Source of the DNA: Candidatus Hydrogenedentota bacterium
Lineage (GTDB): Bacteria > Hydrogenedentota > Hydrogenedentia > Hydrogenedentales > SLHB01
Length of the DNA: 64,000 nucleotides
Assembly: GCA_963674865.2 (NCBI GenBank)
Contig: CAXXYE010000001.1
Coordinates: 64,001-128,000 of the forward strand
Direction of reading: 5' to 3'
Each line of letters begins with the position of its first letter. Position 1 is the first letter of the stretch. The notes under the pieces are model-generated. The model saw only the letters and a list, made by a program, of their open reading frames with translations, did no database searches and was not told the DNA's origin. The translations under genes were made by a program, and so were the position numbers. Of the stretch, positions 1-9,945 are shown one piece after another.

Positions 1-887
1 GCCACCATGGCATAGGTGTTCTGGATGATCTCGTGAAGGTGTCTGCCCTCCGGCCGTTTGCTTGCCCCGCCATCCGTCGGAAACAGGTTCTCGTTCATCA
101 GCCGGCGATAATGCTCTGGCCTGGTTTCGTGCTCGCCTTCCCGATAGCGCGGCTCGGGCAATTTCACGCCGTCAAACATCTCCGCGTATGCCGCCGGGGG
201 CGTCCATGGATGATGCGGGTCGGGGAATCCACCGAACAGGAAGAACGGCTTGTCCGCGTCAGCGTTCTCCAAGTACTTGATGATCTCATCAGCCACGTAG
301 CTGGAGTGATGCCACTCTGGAGGCAGGTTGGAGCGGTAGACTCCCGGGAATTCGGGCTTCTCCCCATTTGGCCGCGTCATTGAGAAGGCCTCCGGATGGT
401 TGGCTGCGAGCCAACGCCCATAATGGCCGCGTTCGGGACTCGCTGCGCCTTCACCGTGTCCGAGCACGAGAGCCACGCGCTTGAAGCCGTAGTAGGGGCC
501 GTCCCATCCATCAAAACATCCGTCCTTCCACGCCGCCAGGGACTCGCCATGCCGGAGGCCGGCGGGGCTTAGGTAAGGCGTAAGGTGCAGCTTGCCCGCC
601 GCGAACGTGTCGTAACCTCTATCGGCGAAGGCTTGGGCAAGCGTCAATTCCCGCTCGTCCAGAGGAATGCCATTGTCGATGACGCCATGAGCGGGAAGAT
701 GCCGTCCGGTCAGGAGCGATGCCCGGCTGGGCATACACACGGGATTGCTCGCATAGTGGTGCTCGAAACGCACGCCTTCACTGGCCAGGCGGTCGAGGTT
801 GGGTGTTCTTGCGGCCGCGTTTCCGTAACAGCCGAGGCCGTCACCACGCTGCTGATCCGAATGAAGCAAGATGACGTTTTTCGGCAT
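1..887 (-). CDS. Sulfatase (formylglycine-dependent, Cys type); C-terminus runs off the window
   Basis: Manual minus-strand translation from ATG 887: MPKNVILLHSDQQRGDGLGCYGN...TPNLDRLA...NPVCMPSRASLLTGR (CxPxR motif), later PFFLFGGFPDPHHPW. Absent from the ORF track because no stop lies in the window. Confidence 0.92.
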   Translation of the reverse strand, partial: MPKNVILLHSDQQRGDGLGCYGNAAARTPNLDRLASEGVRFEHHYASNPVCMPSRASLLTGRHLPAHGVIDNGIPLDERELTLAQAFADRGYDTFAAGKLHLTPYLSPAGLRHGESLAAWKDGCFDGWDGPYYGFKRVALVLGHGEGAASPERGHYGRWLAANHPEAFSMTRPNGEKPEFPGVYRSNLPPEWHHSSYVADEIIKYLENADADKPFFLFGGFPDPHHPWTPPAAYAEMFDGVKLPEPRYREGEHETRPEHYRRLMNENLFPTDGGASKRPEGRHLHEIIQNTYAMV

Positions 888-921
888 CAACGTTTCTTTC
901 CTTCGCGCAACGTTGGGCGCG

Positions 922-1467
922 TCACAACTTAATCCAGTACCGCGAGACAGGCTTCTTCGAGTGGAAGGATACCGTCTCGTCCTTGAAGCGGCCACCGTTC
1001 TTCTTGATAATCCGCGCCGAGGCAACATTGTCCGTGTCGCACGTGATCATCACGCGGCGCAGGCCGTGCTCCCGCAGTCTATCGAGAGCCAGGGCCAGCA
1101 GGCGTGTTCCGTATCCTTTACGGCGCTCGGAGGGCCTGACTTTGTAGCCGATGTGGCCGCCCTCGTTTTCGAGAAAGGGCGTCAGCCGCCAGCGAATGTA
1201 GACGGTGCCAACGAGTGTCTTCTGCTCCCGGACGAGCCAGTAGGTATTCATAGGCACGCGATCCGCCGGACTCCGTACCCCCTGGGCGATTTCCTCGAGA
1301 CGCGCCAGATAACGCTCAAAGTCCTTTCCCGGCAGAAGCATGTTCGACGGCTCGTAGCGCTCACCGACGGCAGTGTATTCATCGACCATGGCCCAGAAAT
1401 CCGACTCAAACGCGGGCGATGGCGCCGCAAGCTCAAGTCGCTCGTGATTTCCCGTGTCCGTGTTCAA
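922..1467 (-). CDS. GNAT-family acetyltransferase
   Basis: GGHIGYKVRPSERRKGYGTRLL (acetyl-CoA motif A) and ITCDTDNVASARIIKKNGG. Likely TTG start at 1467 overlaps the upstream stop (TTGA). Confidence 0.88.
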   Translation of the reverse strand: MNTDTGNHERLELAAPSPAFESDFWAMVDEYTAVGERYEPSNMLLPGKDFERYLARLEEIAQGVRSPADRVPMNTYWLVREQKTLVGTVYIRWRLTPFLENEGGHIGYKVRPSERRKGYGTRLLALALDRLREHGLRRVMITCDTDNVASARIIKKNGGRFKDETVSFHSKKPVSRYWIKL

Positions 1468-2717
1468 CTTCCTGGCCCCTTCGGGCGTTGTTGGCCGGCA
1501 TGCAAGCCGTTGGAAGTCTGAGCGCCGGTGTTGTCCGGCTCGTCGTATGTTCCAAATTCCTCTGCTGCGCGGCGCAACGCCTGGAGGTTTTCCCGCCTGC
1601 TGCCGCGAGGCAAGGCGCAACCGGAGCCCAGCACGAAGCCGCCGTTCCGCCCCGCGCCCTCAATGCAACGCCGGGCTTCCTCTACGAGTTCTTCCGGTGT
1701 GCGATCGACAAATGAGAGCGTGTGAACGCCCCCCATGAGTCCGACACTCGGGCCTGCGGCTTCCCGTGCCTGATGGCATGTGAAGTTTCCGAGCGGATCC
1801 AGCGGGCCGATGCAGTCGATGCCTGCCTCGATGAGATCGCCTATGATGGGCAGGCTGTTTCCGCAAATATGACAATAGATGCGCACGCCCGAACCACCAT
1901 ACGTGTGCAGTGCGTCGCAGACGGCCTTCATGTGTGGCGCGACAAAGGCTCGCCACATGGCGGGCGAGATGACGCTCATGTTGGCCACGGAATCGTTGAG
2001 TCGCAGTATGCGTATCCCCTGGTCGATGTGGAACTTGCCCTTTTCGATGGCAATGGCAACGCCCTTCTCCATTGCTGCCTGGGCCAATCCGGGACGTTCG
2101 ATGAGATCGAGTAGGGCGTTGTCCATGTGTCGCAGGACTACGTACCAGGCCAGCGTCGCCGAGCCGCAGTCGCCGAGGAGCGCCACATGAGCGTCGGCCT
2201 GCTTCATCACGTCCCGTTGAAAAGCACCGTAGCCGGCCGCTTCGTAGAATGACTTGTCAGGAACCGCGATCTTGCGGACGTCCGTCCTATCCAATACCAG
2301 AGGTCGCCGCCTCGCCACAAAACTTAGACAGGCTATTTGGGCGGGATCGTCAAGCCGGACGTGTTGCTCGTTTGCCAGCCGCGTGGCCAGTCCCCCCTGC
2401 CAATCGATCGTGCCAATGACGTCGCCGCTCGCGTCGACCTCGAGCATTGCTCCGTCTCTTTCGCGGATGCGGCGCTTCGGGAAGTGGAACAGGCGCGCTC
2501 CATCGGCGCCGACTTGGCGGGCCGCATCCACCACGATCCGCATGGCAAGATGAGGGTCCTCTAGCGCCCGTTTGAGCGGTGTTTCCGTCAGCGCCGAGGC
2601 CAAGTCCACCCAGATTTTGGGCAGCACCGGCACGCGATCAGGCGTCGCCCCCGACACGGCCTTGTAGAAGCGCTCCTCAGCTGTCACTTCCCTCCGCTTC
2701 GCGCCCTCCCAAGGCAT
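1464..2717 (-). CDS. URO-D / MtaA-CmuA-like methyltransferase-fold protein
   Basis: PDRVPVLP N-terminus, ISPAMWRAFVAP, HICG and GSGC metal-ligand motifs. AGGAGG precedes ATG 2717. Confidence 0.85.
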   Translation of the reverse strand: MPWEGAKRREVTAEERFYKAVSGATPDRVPVLPKIWVDLASALTETPLKRALEDPHLAMRIVVDAARQVGADGARLFHFPKRRIRERDGAMLEVDASGDVIGTIDWQGGLATRLANEQHVRLDDPAQIACLSFVARRRPLVLDRTDVRKIAVPDKSFYEAAGYGAFQRDVMKQADAHVALLGDCGSATLAWYVVLRHMDNALLDLIERPGLAQAAMEKGVAIAIEKGKFHIDQGIRILRLNDSVANMSVISPAMWRAFVAPHMKAVCDALHTYGGSGVRIYCHICGNSLPIIGDLIEAGIDCIGPLDPLGNFTCHQAREAAGPSVGLMGGVHTLSFVDRTPEELVEEARRCIEGAGRNGGFVLGSGCALPRGSRRENLQALRRAAEEFGTYDEPDNTGAQTSNGLHAGQQRPKGPGS

Positions 2718-2788
2718 CGTACGTGTCCTCCTGGGATCCGTCCCCGTATACACGGCATGTCGTACATTATCACTGCGTTCTCATAAGG

Positions 2789-5700
2789 TTATCCAGATTC
2801 TCCTTTGAGGATACTCGCGCCCATCAAGCCGAAGGCCACATCGTTCGCGATGGCTTCGAAAGTGACGGACGCAAGCTCAACGCCCAGCCGAAGATCAAAG
2901 GGGACAAGGTGAGCGATAGTGTCCACGGCGACAGGTAGGCTCTCACCGCGTGTCTCACAGGTGCCTGCCGGGCCGTTGCGCCCGCCGATATTCTCAAATC
3001 CGTTGGCGGGCGTATCGAAGTAAGTCCCGCACCAGGTGCTCCAGCAATCGCCGATGCCAAAGGGATTGACAAGGCCGCGCGCGTCTTCCGCCCCGTCGGC
3101 ATATCGAAGCGTTACGCGCAGGTTGATCACGTGGCTCTGGTTCGGGTGGGTTACGCCGCTCACCATGAGGTACAGGATTGTGCCTCGTGCTCCCGCCGGG
3201 AACGTGATCTTAGGTGGAAACGCGTGGTTGTGCAGAGAGACAACAGCGATGTTGTCGCCCTCTCTTGGGGACTTGAACGGGATTCCGTCGGCGGCCCAGG
3301 CCACGCCGTCCACACCGATCTTCGCCCGCCATGCTTCATCGCAGGGCGGACTCATCCGGGCGGTGAGGTGGTTCCTCCAATAATCGAATCCGACTTGACT
3401 ATAGGACATCTCTGGTGCGATCGCACCGTCGGCCGCCTTTTGGGGAGCGTTGGGGACTTCGGCGTTATAGAGGCCTCCCAGATCAAACATGATCCAAGGC
3501 TCGAGGATGCCTGACGGTGTGTCCGGAGCCTTCCAGACGTTCCGAGTCATCGGTTCGCGGGGGGCAACGCTCACGCGTACCGGGAGCCATCGGGGACAGT
3601 CCGGCCTTTTTTCCGACACGAACAGCAGTCCCGGGCCGGCCGCCCCTTGTGTGCGCCCCACAAGACGGTCCCCCTCGACTCGCGCCTCCGCCAACAGGCA
3701 CTGTGGATCCAGCCATTTGTCAATGACGACGCCCGGCACGGCCATGTCCGCGACCTCGCTCGCGGTGAACATGACAGGTTCCGGTTGGAAAGGCGTTTCC
3801 GGAACAAACGCGACGCTGAAGTTCCCCTCGGTGGCCGAGGGGGCCTCCGCCTCGAGCCATGTCAGGCCGACGCCCTCCCTCAGCCTGAAATCACTTTTCC
3901 TGCGGTTGACATTCATGCTGGACACTTCGGTGGCCCGAAGCGGTAGCGTAAGACGCACGCCTGTCTTGACGGGGGAGCGCCATTCGATCTCGATGCGTCC
4001 CTCACTTCGCTTGAACGTGAAGGCGAAGTGGGGCGTTTCGATTGATACTCCGTCCCAGTCCTCGGGAAGTTGAGGCGCCAGCGTGACAATTCTATTCAGG
4101 CGGTCGACGCGGATTCCAAACAAGCCTTCGGCGACGGCTCGCACCCACATGCTTTCCGCGTCAGCGAATTCGTCGTTGCCTCGCTGCGTGCCATCGACGA
4201 AGGCGTGACAGGCCAGTCCGCCGGGCGTTGGCCCATTGAACATCCCCGAAAACGTCGAACGTATCAAGGCATAGGCCACGTCGCCGCGTCCGGCAAACAG
4301 GTTCATTTCCGCGAAGTTGAGTTCCTCCGCGTACGCCATCTCGTGCGTGCTGTGAGTATACGAGCGGCCATGGTTCGGGAACCAATCCGAACTCCAATAC
4401 TGCAAGCCGCCGCCGGGCGTGCGCTCCTGCTTGAGGTGCCCATCGGCCCAGTTAAGCATCAAATACACCTGGAGCGCATCAGCGGCGCCAAACTCGGCGG
4501 CATGATACAGGCTCGGCAATTCGGGCTCCCTGTGAAGAAGCCGGTTTCCGCGCGTGTCGCGATACTCGGCGAATGTTCCTTTCCGTGTCTGCCAGAGCGT
4601 CTCCTGGAGGGCGTTTCGGATTGCCTTGGCTCCCTCCCTGAAAGGTTCGGGATCCTTGCCAAGATGTCCCGCGATGTTCGCCACGAATTCGTACGCGCGC
4701 AACATGTACGCGGACGACTGAGTGCAATGGCCGAGAATGCTCCAATGGGCATCGCTGATCCACGTGTTGAGCGCGTTCTCGTACAGAGGGACCTCAGTCG
4801 GGCGTAGGCGGCGGTTCTCCCGATCGAGCATGCCCTCGAGTACCGGAAAGATATCCTCCATCAGGACGAGATCGCCGGTGTAATCGAAATAGTGCCGCGT
4901 CATGTCGATGAAGACTTCGTTCATGTTGTATCCGAACGAAGGATTCTCGAGCATGCTGCCTATGCCGCCGCGATCCGGGCCCTCCGTGATCCGTCCCAGT
5001 TGGCAGTGCCTCATGATGGACTGTCTGACGCGCTCTGTCCAACCACAACAGACAGGGCCGTAGAGGATGCGCCAGCCAAGGTACGCCTGACGCCAAGACC
5101 AGCCGCCGTGAACGTATGCTTGGGAGGCCCACAGACTGTCGTTGGCGAAGGCCATCATCGTTGCCGCGGCATTGAGATGCGCGTCGGGCGTGCGGAGCAC
5201 AAACCTTCCGGCGATCGATGCGTTTCGAGCGTGCGCGCTCCTCCATGCCTGGTTGGGGTGGGCAATGGCCGCCTCGATGTTGTTTCCCATGCCGACGGTA
5301 ACGAACGTGTCGATAACGCCTTGAGACAGGGCCGCGTGTCCGACAACGACACAACCTGCTTTCGAGTGGGGCCCATCGTTCTCGTCCGGTTCGACCGCGG
5401 CAAGCAGGGCGCCTGGCGCTTTCTCGAACGTCTCCGCAGCCGCGAATCCCAGCGAACCGGATGTGGAGCAGCCCCCTCGCACGGTTGCCTGCCATGTCTT
5501 GAGGAATTCTCTCGGAAACGTCCACTCCTGCATGACTCTATCGGAATCGTCAAAGGCCCGCTGCAGCTCGAACGTGTTTTCTGAGATGACGTATGTATTC
5601 TTAGCGCACTGCTCCGGGGAGAAGCCGAACTCTGGTGCGCCGAAATCATAGTTGGTGAAGAAGGCCGATGCGCCCCCATATGCCCAAACGAGACGCGCAC

Positions 5701-6313
5701 CGGGGGAGGCGCCCGTGACTTCCGTCCGCACCTGAAGTCCTACGGCGTCCGCCAGTGCAATGGCCGTTAGATTCACCGTCACGCCGCCAAAAGCATTATC
5801 ACGAAGCGTGTACTCGCAGCGTCCCTCTACGTAGCGGACATCGATGTCTGCCCATGCGTGAAACCACTTGTCGCCTCCACGTGCGTCCGTGAGTCCGAGG
5901 CGCAGGTGGCCAAGGAGCCCTCCCGCGGCATGGTAGTCGAACAAGAATCGTGGCGCATTGTAGGCCAGTACCAGCGGCCGGAAGGGATATCGTTCGGTTT
6001 GGACAAGCTCTTCCTCGCTGCAGACAAGGGACTTGTCCGCCGGCGGATACAAGGGGCGCCGATGGTTGCGTGGATTCGTCAGGATTCGGCCAATCGGATC
6101 TTCCGGCCGCAACCGACCGTAGTCCGGTATCAGCCCTGCTGCTCTATGTCCCTGCCCTATCCGTTCGATAGGCGGAGGGTCGGGCGCGCAGTCCTTGTAG
6201 GCGCTTTCCGCGCGTAAACGGATTTGCCAGCCGCCTCGAATCGGCGCGTATCCTTCAGTCACCGGCCGTCTCTCCTGCGTGGCTACCGTGTCCTTGCCAA
6301 ATATCTTGCACAC
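2789..6313 (-). CDS. Large DUF4450-like / six-hairpin glycosidase-fold protein
   Basis: 1174-aa ORF with YNMNEVFID...YFDYTGD, LNTWISDA and GLFGIR..LAPQLPEDW segments typical of (alpha/alpha)6 glycosidases. Start uncertain. Confidence 0.65.
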   Translation of the reverse strand: MCKIFGKDTVATQERRPVTEGYAPIRGGWQIRLRAESAYKDCAPDPPPIERIGQGHRAAGLIPDYGRLRPEDPIGRILTNPRNHRRPLYPPADKSLVCSEEELVQTERYPFRPLVLAYNAPRFLFDYHAAGGLLGHLRLGLTDARGGDKWFHAWADIDVRYVEGRCEYTLRDNAFGGVTVNLTAIALADAVGLQVRTEVTGASPGARLVWAYGGASAFFTNYDFGAPEFGFSPEQCAKNTYVISENTFELQRAFDDSDRVMQEWTFPREFLKTWQATVRGGCSTSGSLGFAAAETFEKAPGALLAAVEPDENDGPHSKAGCVVVGHAALSQGVIDTFVTVGMGNNIEAAIAHPNQAWRSAHARNASIAGRFVLRTPDAHLNAAATMMAFANDSLWASQAYVHGGWSWRQAYLGWRILYGPVCCGWTERVRQSIMRHCQLGRITEGPDRGGIGSMLENPSFGYNMNEVFIDMTRHYFDYTGDLVLMEDIFPVLEGMLDRENRRLRPTEVPLYENALNTWISDAHWSILGHCTQSSAYMLRAYEFVANIAGHLGKDPEPFREGAKAIRNALQETLWQTRKGTFAEYRDTRGNRLLHREPELPSLYHAAEFGAADALQVYLMLNWADGHLKQERTPGGGLQYWSSDWFPNHGRSYTHSTHEMAYAEELNFAEMNLFAGRGDVAYALIRSTFSGMFNGPTPGGLACHAFVDGTQRGNDEFADAESMWVRAVAEGLFGIRVDRLNRIVTLAPQLPEDWDGVSIETPHFAFTFKRSEGRIEIEWRSPVKTGVRLTLPLRATEVSSMNVNRRKSDFRLREGVGLTWLEAEAPSATEGNFSVAFVPETPFQPEPVMFTASEVADMAVPGVVIDKWLDPQCLLAEARVEGDRLVGRTQGAAGPGLLFVSEKRPDCPRWLPVRVSVAPREPMTRNVWKAPDTPSGILEPWIMFDLGGLYNAEVPNAPQKAADGAIAPEMSYSQVGFDYWRNHLTARMSPPCDEAWRAKIGVDGVAWAADGIPFKSPREGDNIAVVSLHNHAFPPKITFPAGARGTILYLMVSGVTHPNQSHVINLRVTLRYADGAEDARGLVNPFGIGDCWSTWCGTYFDTPANGFENIGGRNGPAGTCETRGESLPVAVDTIAHLVPFDLRLGVELASVTFEAIANDVAFGLMGASILKGESG

Positions 6314-6486
6314 CAGTGCGGCGCCGCCACCGCGGGCCCGAATCTCTCGCGAGATGTCCTATTGAGCATCTTGCAGTTTCAGGCCATCCATACTACCCTC
6401 CGCCGGCATCTTTGAAAAGGATCCTTGCGATGTCTTATAAGTGCGTTTCGTAGAGCCGGGCCGGGAAACGCAAGAGGAAGACAAGC

Positions 6487-8115
6487 ATGAAGTCGAAGTA
6501 TCCGCCTCCGAACTGGGGTGTACAGCTTTACAGTCCTGGCGAGGTCGGCCGAACATTCGTCACTATGCGCGATGGGGCGAAGCTCTATATCGAGGTCTTC
6601 CGTCCGGATGCTCCGGGGCCCTTTCCCGTTTTGTTGTTGCGCAATCCCTATCACAACGTCGGCATGCCGCCTCAGTCCCGTGGCCGGGACACGCATCGTG
6701 AACTGGTATCCCGCGGCTACGCGGTCGTGGAAGCTGAGGTGCGAGGAACAGGGCTTTCCGAAGGGCAGTTTCGATTCCTTCATAATGACGGCGACGACGG
6801 CTACGACACCATTCTCTGGATCATGGAGCAGCCTTGGTGCGATGGCAACATCGGCCTGATGGGCGGTTCCTATCTGGCGATGGATCAGTTTGCCGTGGCT
6901 GCACAGAATCCGCCCGGCCTCAAGGCGATGCTTCCCGAGATTGGCGGCGCCGACCTCTACAATGACATGGCCTATCGCGGCGGTGTGCTGAACCTCTTGC
7001 TTATCCGATGGACTATCGGCCAGATAGCGCATATCACGGCGCCGAAGTTCCCCCAATTCACCTCTGCTCCGGAGGAGGTCGAGCCGGCCATCTACGAAAT
7101 GCAGGAAAAGTGCCACGGTGAGCGCATCCAGGCCAGCGTCGAACGGGCTTTGGCCGGATTGCCCCTGTACGAAGACACTTTCTTCAAGGAATGGATGGCG
7201 CATCCCAACGATGGCCCCTTCTGGCAGGAGGTGTCGCCCTACAGTTTCTTCTCCGACATCAAGACACCTGTCTTCTGTCTTGGCGGCTGGTTCGACTTTT
7301 TCATCGAGGGCACATTGAGGAGTTTCGTCGAGATCGATGCCCCCAAGAAGCTCCTGATCGGCCGATGGTTTCACGGCGAGAGAGAGGGCTTCGACTCGCT
7401 CAACGTGAAATTGCGCTGGTTCGACTACTGGCTCAAAGGGATCGATACGGGCGTGATGGACGAGCCGCCCGTGAGGCTGTTCGTGATGGGCAAGAATGAG
7501 TGGCGGTATGAGCAGACATGGCCGCCGCCGGCCACTTCTTCCAAGTTCTTCCTGCGAAGTGGCGACGCTGCCTCAGGGAGTCTCAACAGCGGGAACCTGA
7601 GTCTGAGTGCCCCGGGAGATAGCGAGGCGTTCGATGAAATCGCCCACGATCCGGCGCGCCCCGTTCCCAGCATCGCCTATCGAAATGCCGACATCCGCCG
7701 TGCGGAAGAGGCCATGCTCACCTACACGACAGAGCCGCTTGACGACGACATCGAGGTGACGGGGCCTGTTGAAGTCCGCCTGTACACATCGACGGACGCC
7801 ACTGACGTGGACTGGTTCGTGAAGCTGACGGAAGTGCATCCGGACGGAAGCTCCATCGTGCTTTCCTCGGGCGTATTGAAGGGCTCGCACTACCGATCGC
7901 ATGAGTTCCCTGAGGAACTGGCGCCGGGACGGATTTACCCTCTCACGATTCCGCTGGCGTCGCTATGCCGTGTCTTTCCTAAGGGGCACCGGATCAGGAT
8001 CGGGATCGCCAACAGCGACTTCCCCGAGTTCAACCTCAACCCACTTGCTTCGACGAGCCGAGTCTACCGCGACGCGGAGCGCGCATCTCACCTCTTGCTT
8101 CCCGTCCGCGGCTGA
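6487..8115 (+). CDS. CocE/NonD-family serine hydrolase (peptidase S15)
   Basis: MRDGAKL, RGTGLSEG, nucleophile motif GGSYLA, GWFDFF, GRWFHG, C-terminal jelly-roll. RBS GAGGA. Confidence 0.93.
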   Translation: MKSKYPPPNWGVQLYSPGEVGRTFVTMRDGAKLYIEVFRPDAPGPFPVLLLRNPYHNVGMPPQSRGRDTHRELVSRGYAVVEAEVRGTGLSEGQFRFLHNDGDDGYDTILWIMEQPWCDGNIGLMGGSYLAMDQFAVAAQNPPGLKAMLPEIGGADLYNDMAYRGGVLNLLLIRWTIGQIAHITAPKFPQFTSAPEEVEPAIYEMQEKCHGERIQASVERALAGLPLYEDTFFKEWMAHPNDGPFWQEVSPYSFFSDIKTPVFCLGGWFDFFIEGTLRSFVEIDAPKKLLIGRWFHGEREGFDSLNVKLRWFDYWLKGIDTGVMDEPPVRLFVMGKNEWRYEQTWPPPATSSKFFLRSGDAASGSLNSGNLSLSAPGDSEAFDEIAHDPARPVPSIAYRNADIRRAEEAMLTYTTEPLDDDIEVTGPVEVRLYTSTDATDVDWFVKLTEVHPDGSSIVLSSGVLKGSHYRSHEFPEELAPGRIYPLTIPLASLCRVFPKGHRIRIGIANSDFPEFNLNPLASTSRVYRDAERASHLLLPVRG

Positions 8116-8121
8116 CGGAAC

Positions 8122-8766
8122 CTACCGGCAGAGCGCCCTATAGACGCTTTCGGCGATGGCGAGGTGCCCGGTGGCGTTCGGATGGACGGGCTCCGGGCAG
8201 AACGTGTCTGCTTCGTGGTATTTGAGGAGTTTCTGGAACATTTCGTGCGTTTTCACGAGGCGCGTTCTGTATTTCCGGCTCATTTTGTGAACCACGGCCA
8301 CATACTTGGGCAGTAGCCCGAGCACACTGTGGCGGAACGAGCTGGCCGAACGCTCGCGGCTCAGGTAGAAGGGGTCGATGAGGAGAATACGGCATTTCGG
8401 AAGGGCTACCCGTGCTCGTGAAAGGATGTCGTTGTAGACGGCCTCGAAGACCTCAGGCGTGACGGCGTCAGGGACATTGCGCAGACAGCTGTGCAAGTCG
8501 TTGATGCCGATCTTGATGGACAGCCAGTCCGGCTTGTGGCGGAGCACATCATCCGTCCAGCGTCCCTGGAGGTCCGTAACGCGATTGCCGCCAATGCCTT
8601 TGTTGATGATCCGTACGCATTTCTGCGGTTCGAGGATAGTGAACACGTCGGCGAAGAGTTTGACGTACCCGTTGCCTAGCGGGCGTTCCGCGCCGCGTCT
8701 CCCGCAGTCGGTGATGCTATCCCCGACAAACAGGATCGTCTCTTTGTTCTTGATCTTCGTAGGCAT
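8122..8766 (-). CDS. SGNH/GDSL hydrolase
   Basis: GDSITD, GIGGN, GINDL and EPVHPN blocks. AAGGAGG precedes ATG 8766. Confidence 0.92.
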   Translation of the reverse strand: MPTKIKNKETILFVGDSITDCGRRGAERPLGNGYVKLFADVFTILEPQKCVRIINKGIGGNRVTDLQGRWTDDVLRHKPDWLSIKIGINDLHSCLRNVPDAVTPEVFEAVYNDILSRARVALPKCRILLIDPFYLSRERSASSFRHSVLGLLPKYVAVVHKMSRKYRTRLVKTHEMFQKLLKYHEADTFCPEPVHPNATGHLAIAESVYRALCR

Positions 8767-8872
8767 GCAGTTGCCCTCCTTGTGACGCACCGATATTGCT
8801 GGTTGCAGCAGCAGATGCCGCTCCAAGCGCGTCGGGAGGGTATTACGAGAAGACGGAGTAATTCAAGAAGAG

Positions 8873-8910
8873 CCCGCCGTTCGGACGAAACACATCGCCC
8901 GAACGGCGGG
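8873..8910 (-). terminator. Probable intrinsic terminator hairpin
   Basis: Perfect 12-bp stem CCCGCCGTTCGG/CCGAACGGCGGG just downstream of the TIM-barrel gene, followed by CTCTTCTT on the minus strand. Confidence 0.6.
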
Positions 8911-8943
8911 GCTTCCGCTCTTGTTAGGGGGCGTGGCCTGAGG

Positions 8944-9846
8944 CTACCGCGTCAATTCCCGCGCCACGCCGTCGAAGTAGGCGACGCCCTGGGCGATTTC
9001 CGGCACGGAATCGTCCCAATGATACTCATACTCGACGGAGAACACAGCTTCGAGGCCCTGCCTCTTTACCTCGGTGAGTATGGCCTTCACGTCGGCCTCA
9101 CCGGTTCCCCAAGGCACGTCGTGCGTCTCCTTGCTCTTGCCGTACTGGTTGAGGTCCTTGAAGTGGAACGAGATGATTCGCCCCTCCAGCTTCTTGATGG
9201 CGTCGACGGGCTTGATGTTCGACCTCATCCAGTGGCCTGTGTCGGCGCAGGCGCCGATACGCTTGCTCCGCCCTTGACAGACCTTTAAGACGGTGTCGGG
9301 ATTCCAGTAGTGCGACGGCTCGGGATGATTGTGGATGGCGACATTGATCTCGTATTCCTGGGCAAGGCGATCAATGAGGTCAAAGGCATCTTCTGGAGGT
9401 TCGGATACGATGGTTTCGATTCCCATTTCCTTGGCGAAGTCGAAGACCTTCCGGCAATCAGCCTCATTATTCGATAATCCGACGACGCCGTAGTTCACAA
9501 GCTTCACGTCGGATGCTTCCAACTTCTTCAGGATCTCCTCCTGTAGTTCCGAGGGTAGGTTGTGGTCAAAGCGGATATCCGGCTGCTCCGTGCTGAGGCG
9601 CTGCCCGGGATAGGCCTCGACGTAGTGAAGTCCAAGCGAAGCAACCTTGTCGATGGCTTCGTAGAATGTGAAATGGTTGAAGCTGTAGGCCTGACAGCCG
9701 AGATGCCATCCCAGCGCCTCCGCCGCGGGGGCCCCTTCAGGTGCTGCGGCATTCTGTCCGGATTTCTCGGCAGCCTGCTGCATGGTGGTGCATGACGTTA
9801 TCATGAGCGATGCCAACATGCAGACTGCGAACGCTAGTGTCTTCAT
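8944..9846 (-). CDS. Sugar-phosphate isomerase/epimerase (xylose-isomerase-like TIM barrel), probable lipoprotein
   Basis: AIHNH, DTGHW, HFKD and SVEYE metal motifs. N-terminal MKTLAFAVCMLASLMITSC signal with lipobox. Confidence 0.88.
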   Translation of the reverse strand: MKTLAFAVCMLASLMITSCTTMQQAAEKSGQNAAAPEGAPAAEALGWHLGCQAYSFNHFTFYEAIDKVASLGLHYVEAYPGQRLSTEQPDIRFDHNLPSELQEEILKKLEASDVKLVNYGVVGLSNNEADCRKVFDFAKEMGIETIVSEPPEDAFDLIDRLAQEYEINVAIHNHPEPSHYWNPDTVLKVCQGRSKRIGACADTGHWMRSNIKPVDAIKKLEGRIISFHFKDLNQYGKSKETHDVPWGTGEADVKAILTEVKRQGLEAVFSVEYEYHWDDSVPEIAQGVAYFDGVARELTR

Positions 9847-9945
9847 TACTTCGCTTCCTCGCATTGTCAATTCCTTCTATATTCCAGACAATCCATGATA
9901 AGCGTTGCGGCGAGCGCAGGCAAGGAGCGGGGCCTGGGGATCGGC

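Noticed and set aside
1464..2717. Assignment as hemE
   Set aside because: It lacks the HemE MRQAGR signature and any tetrapyrrole gene context.
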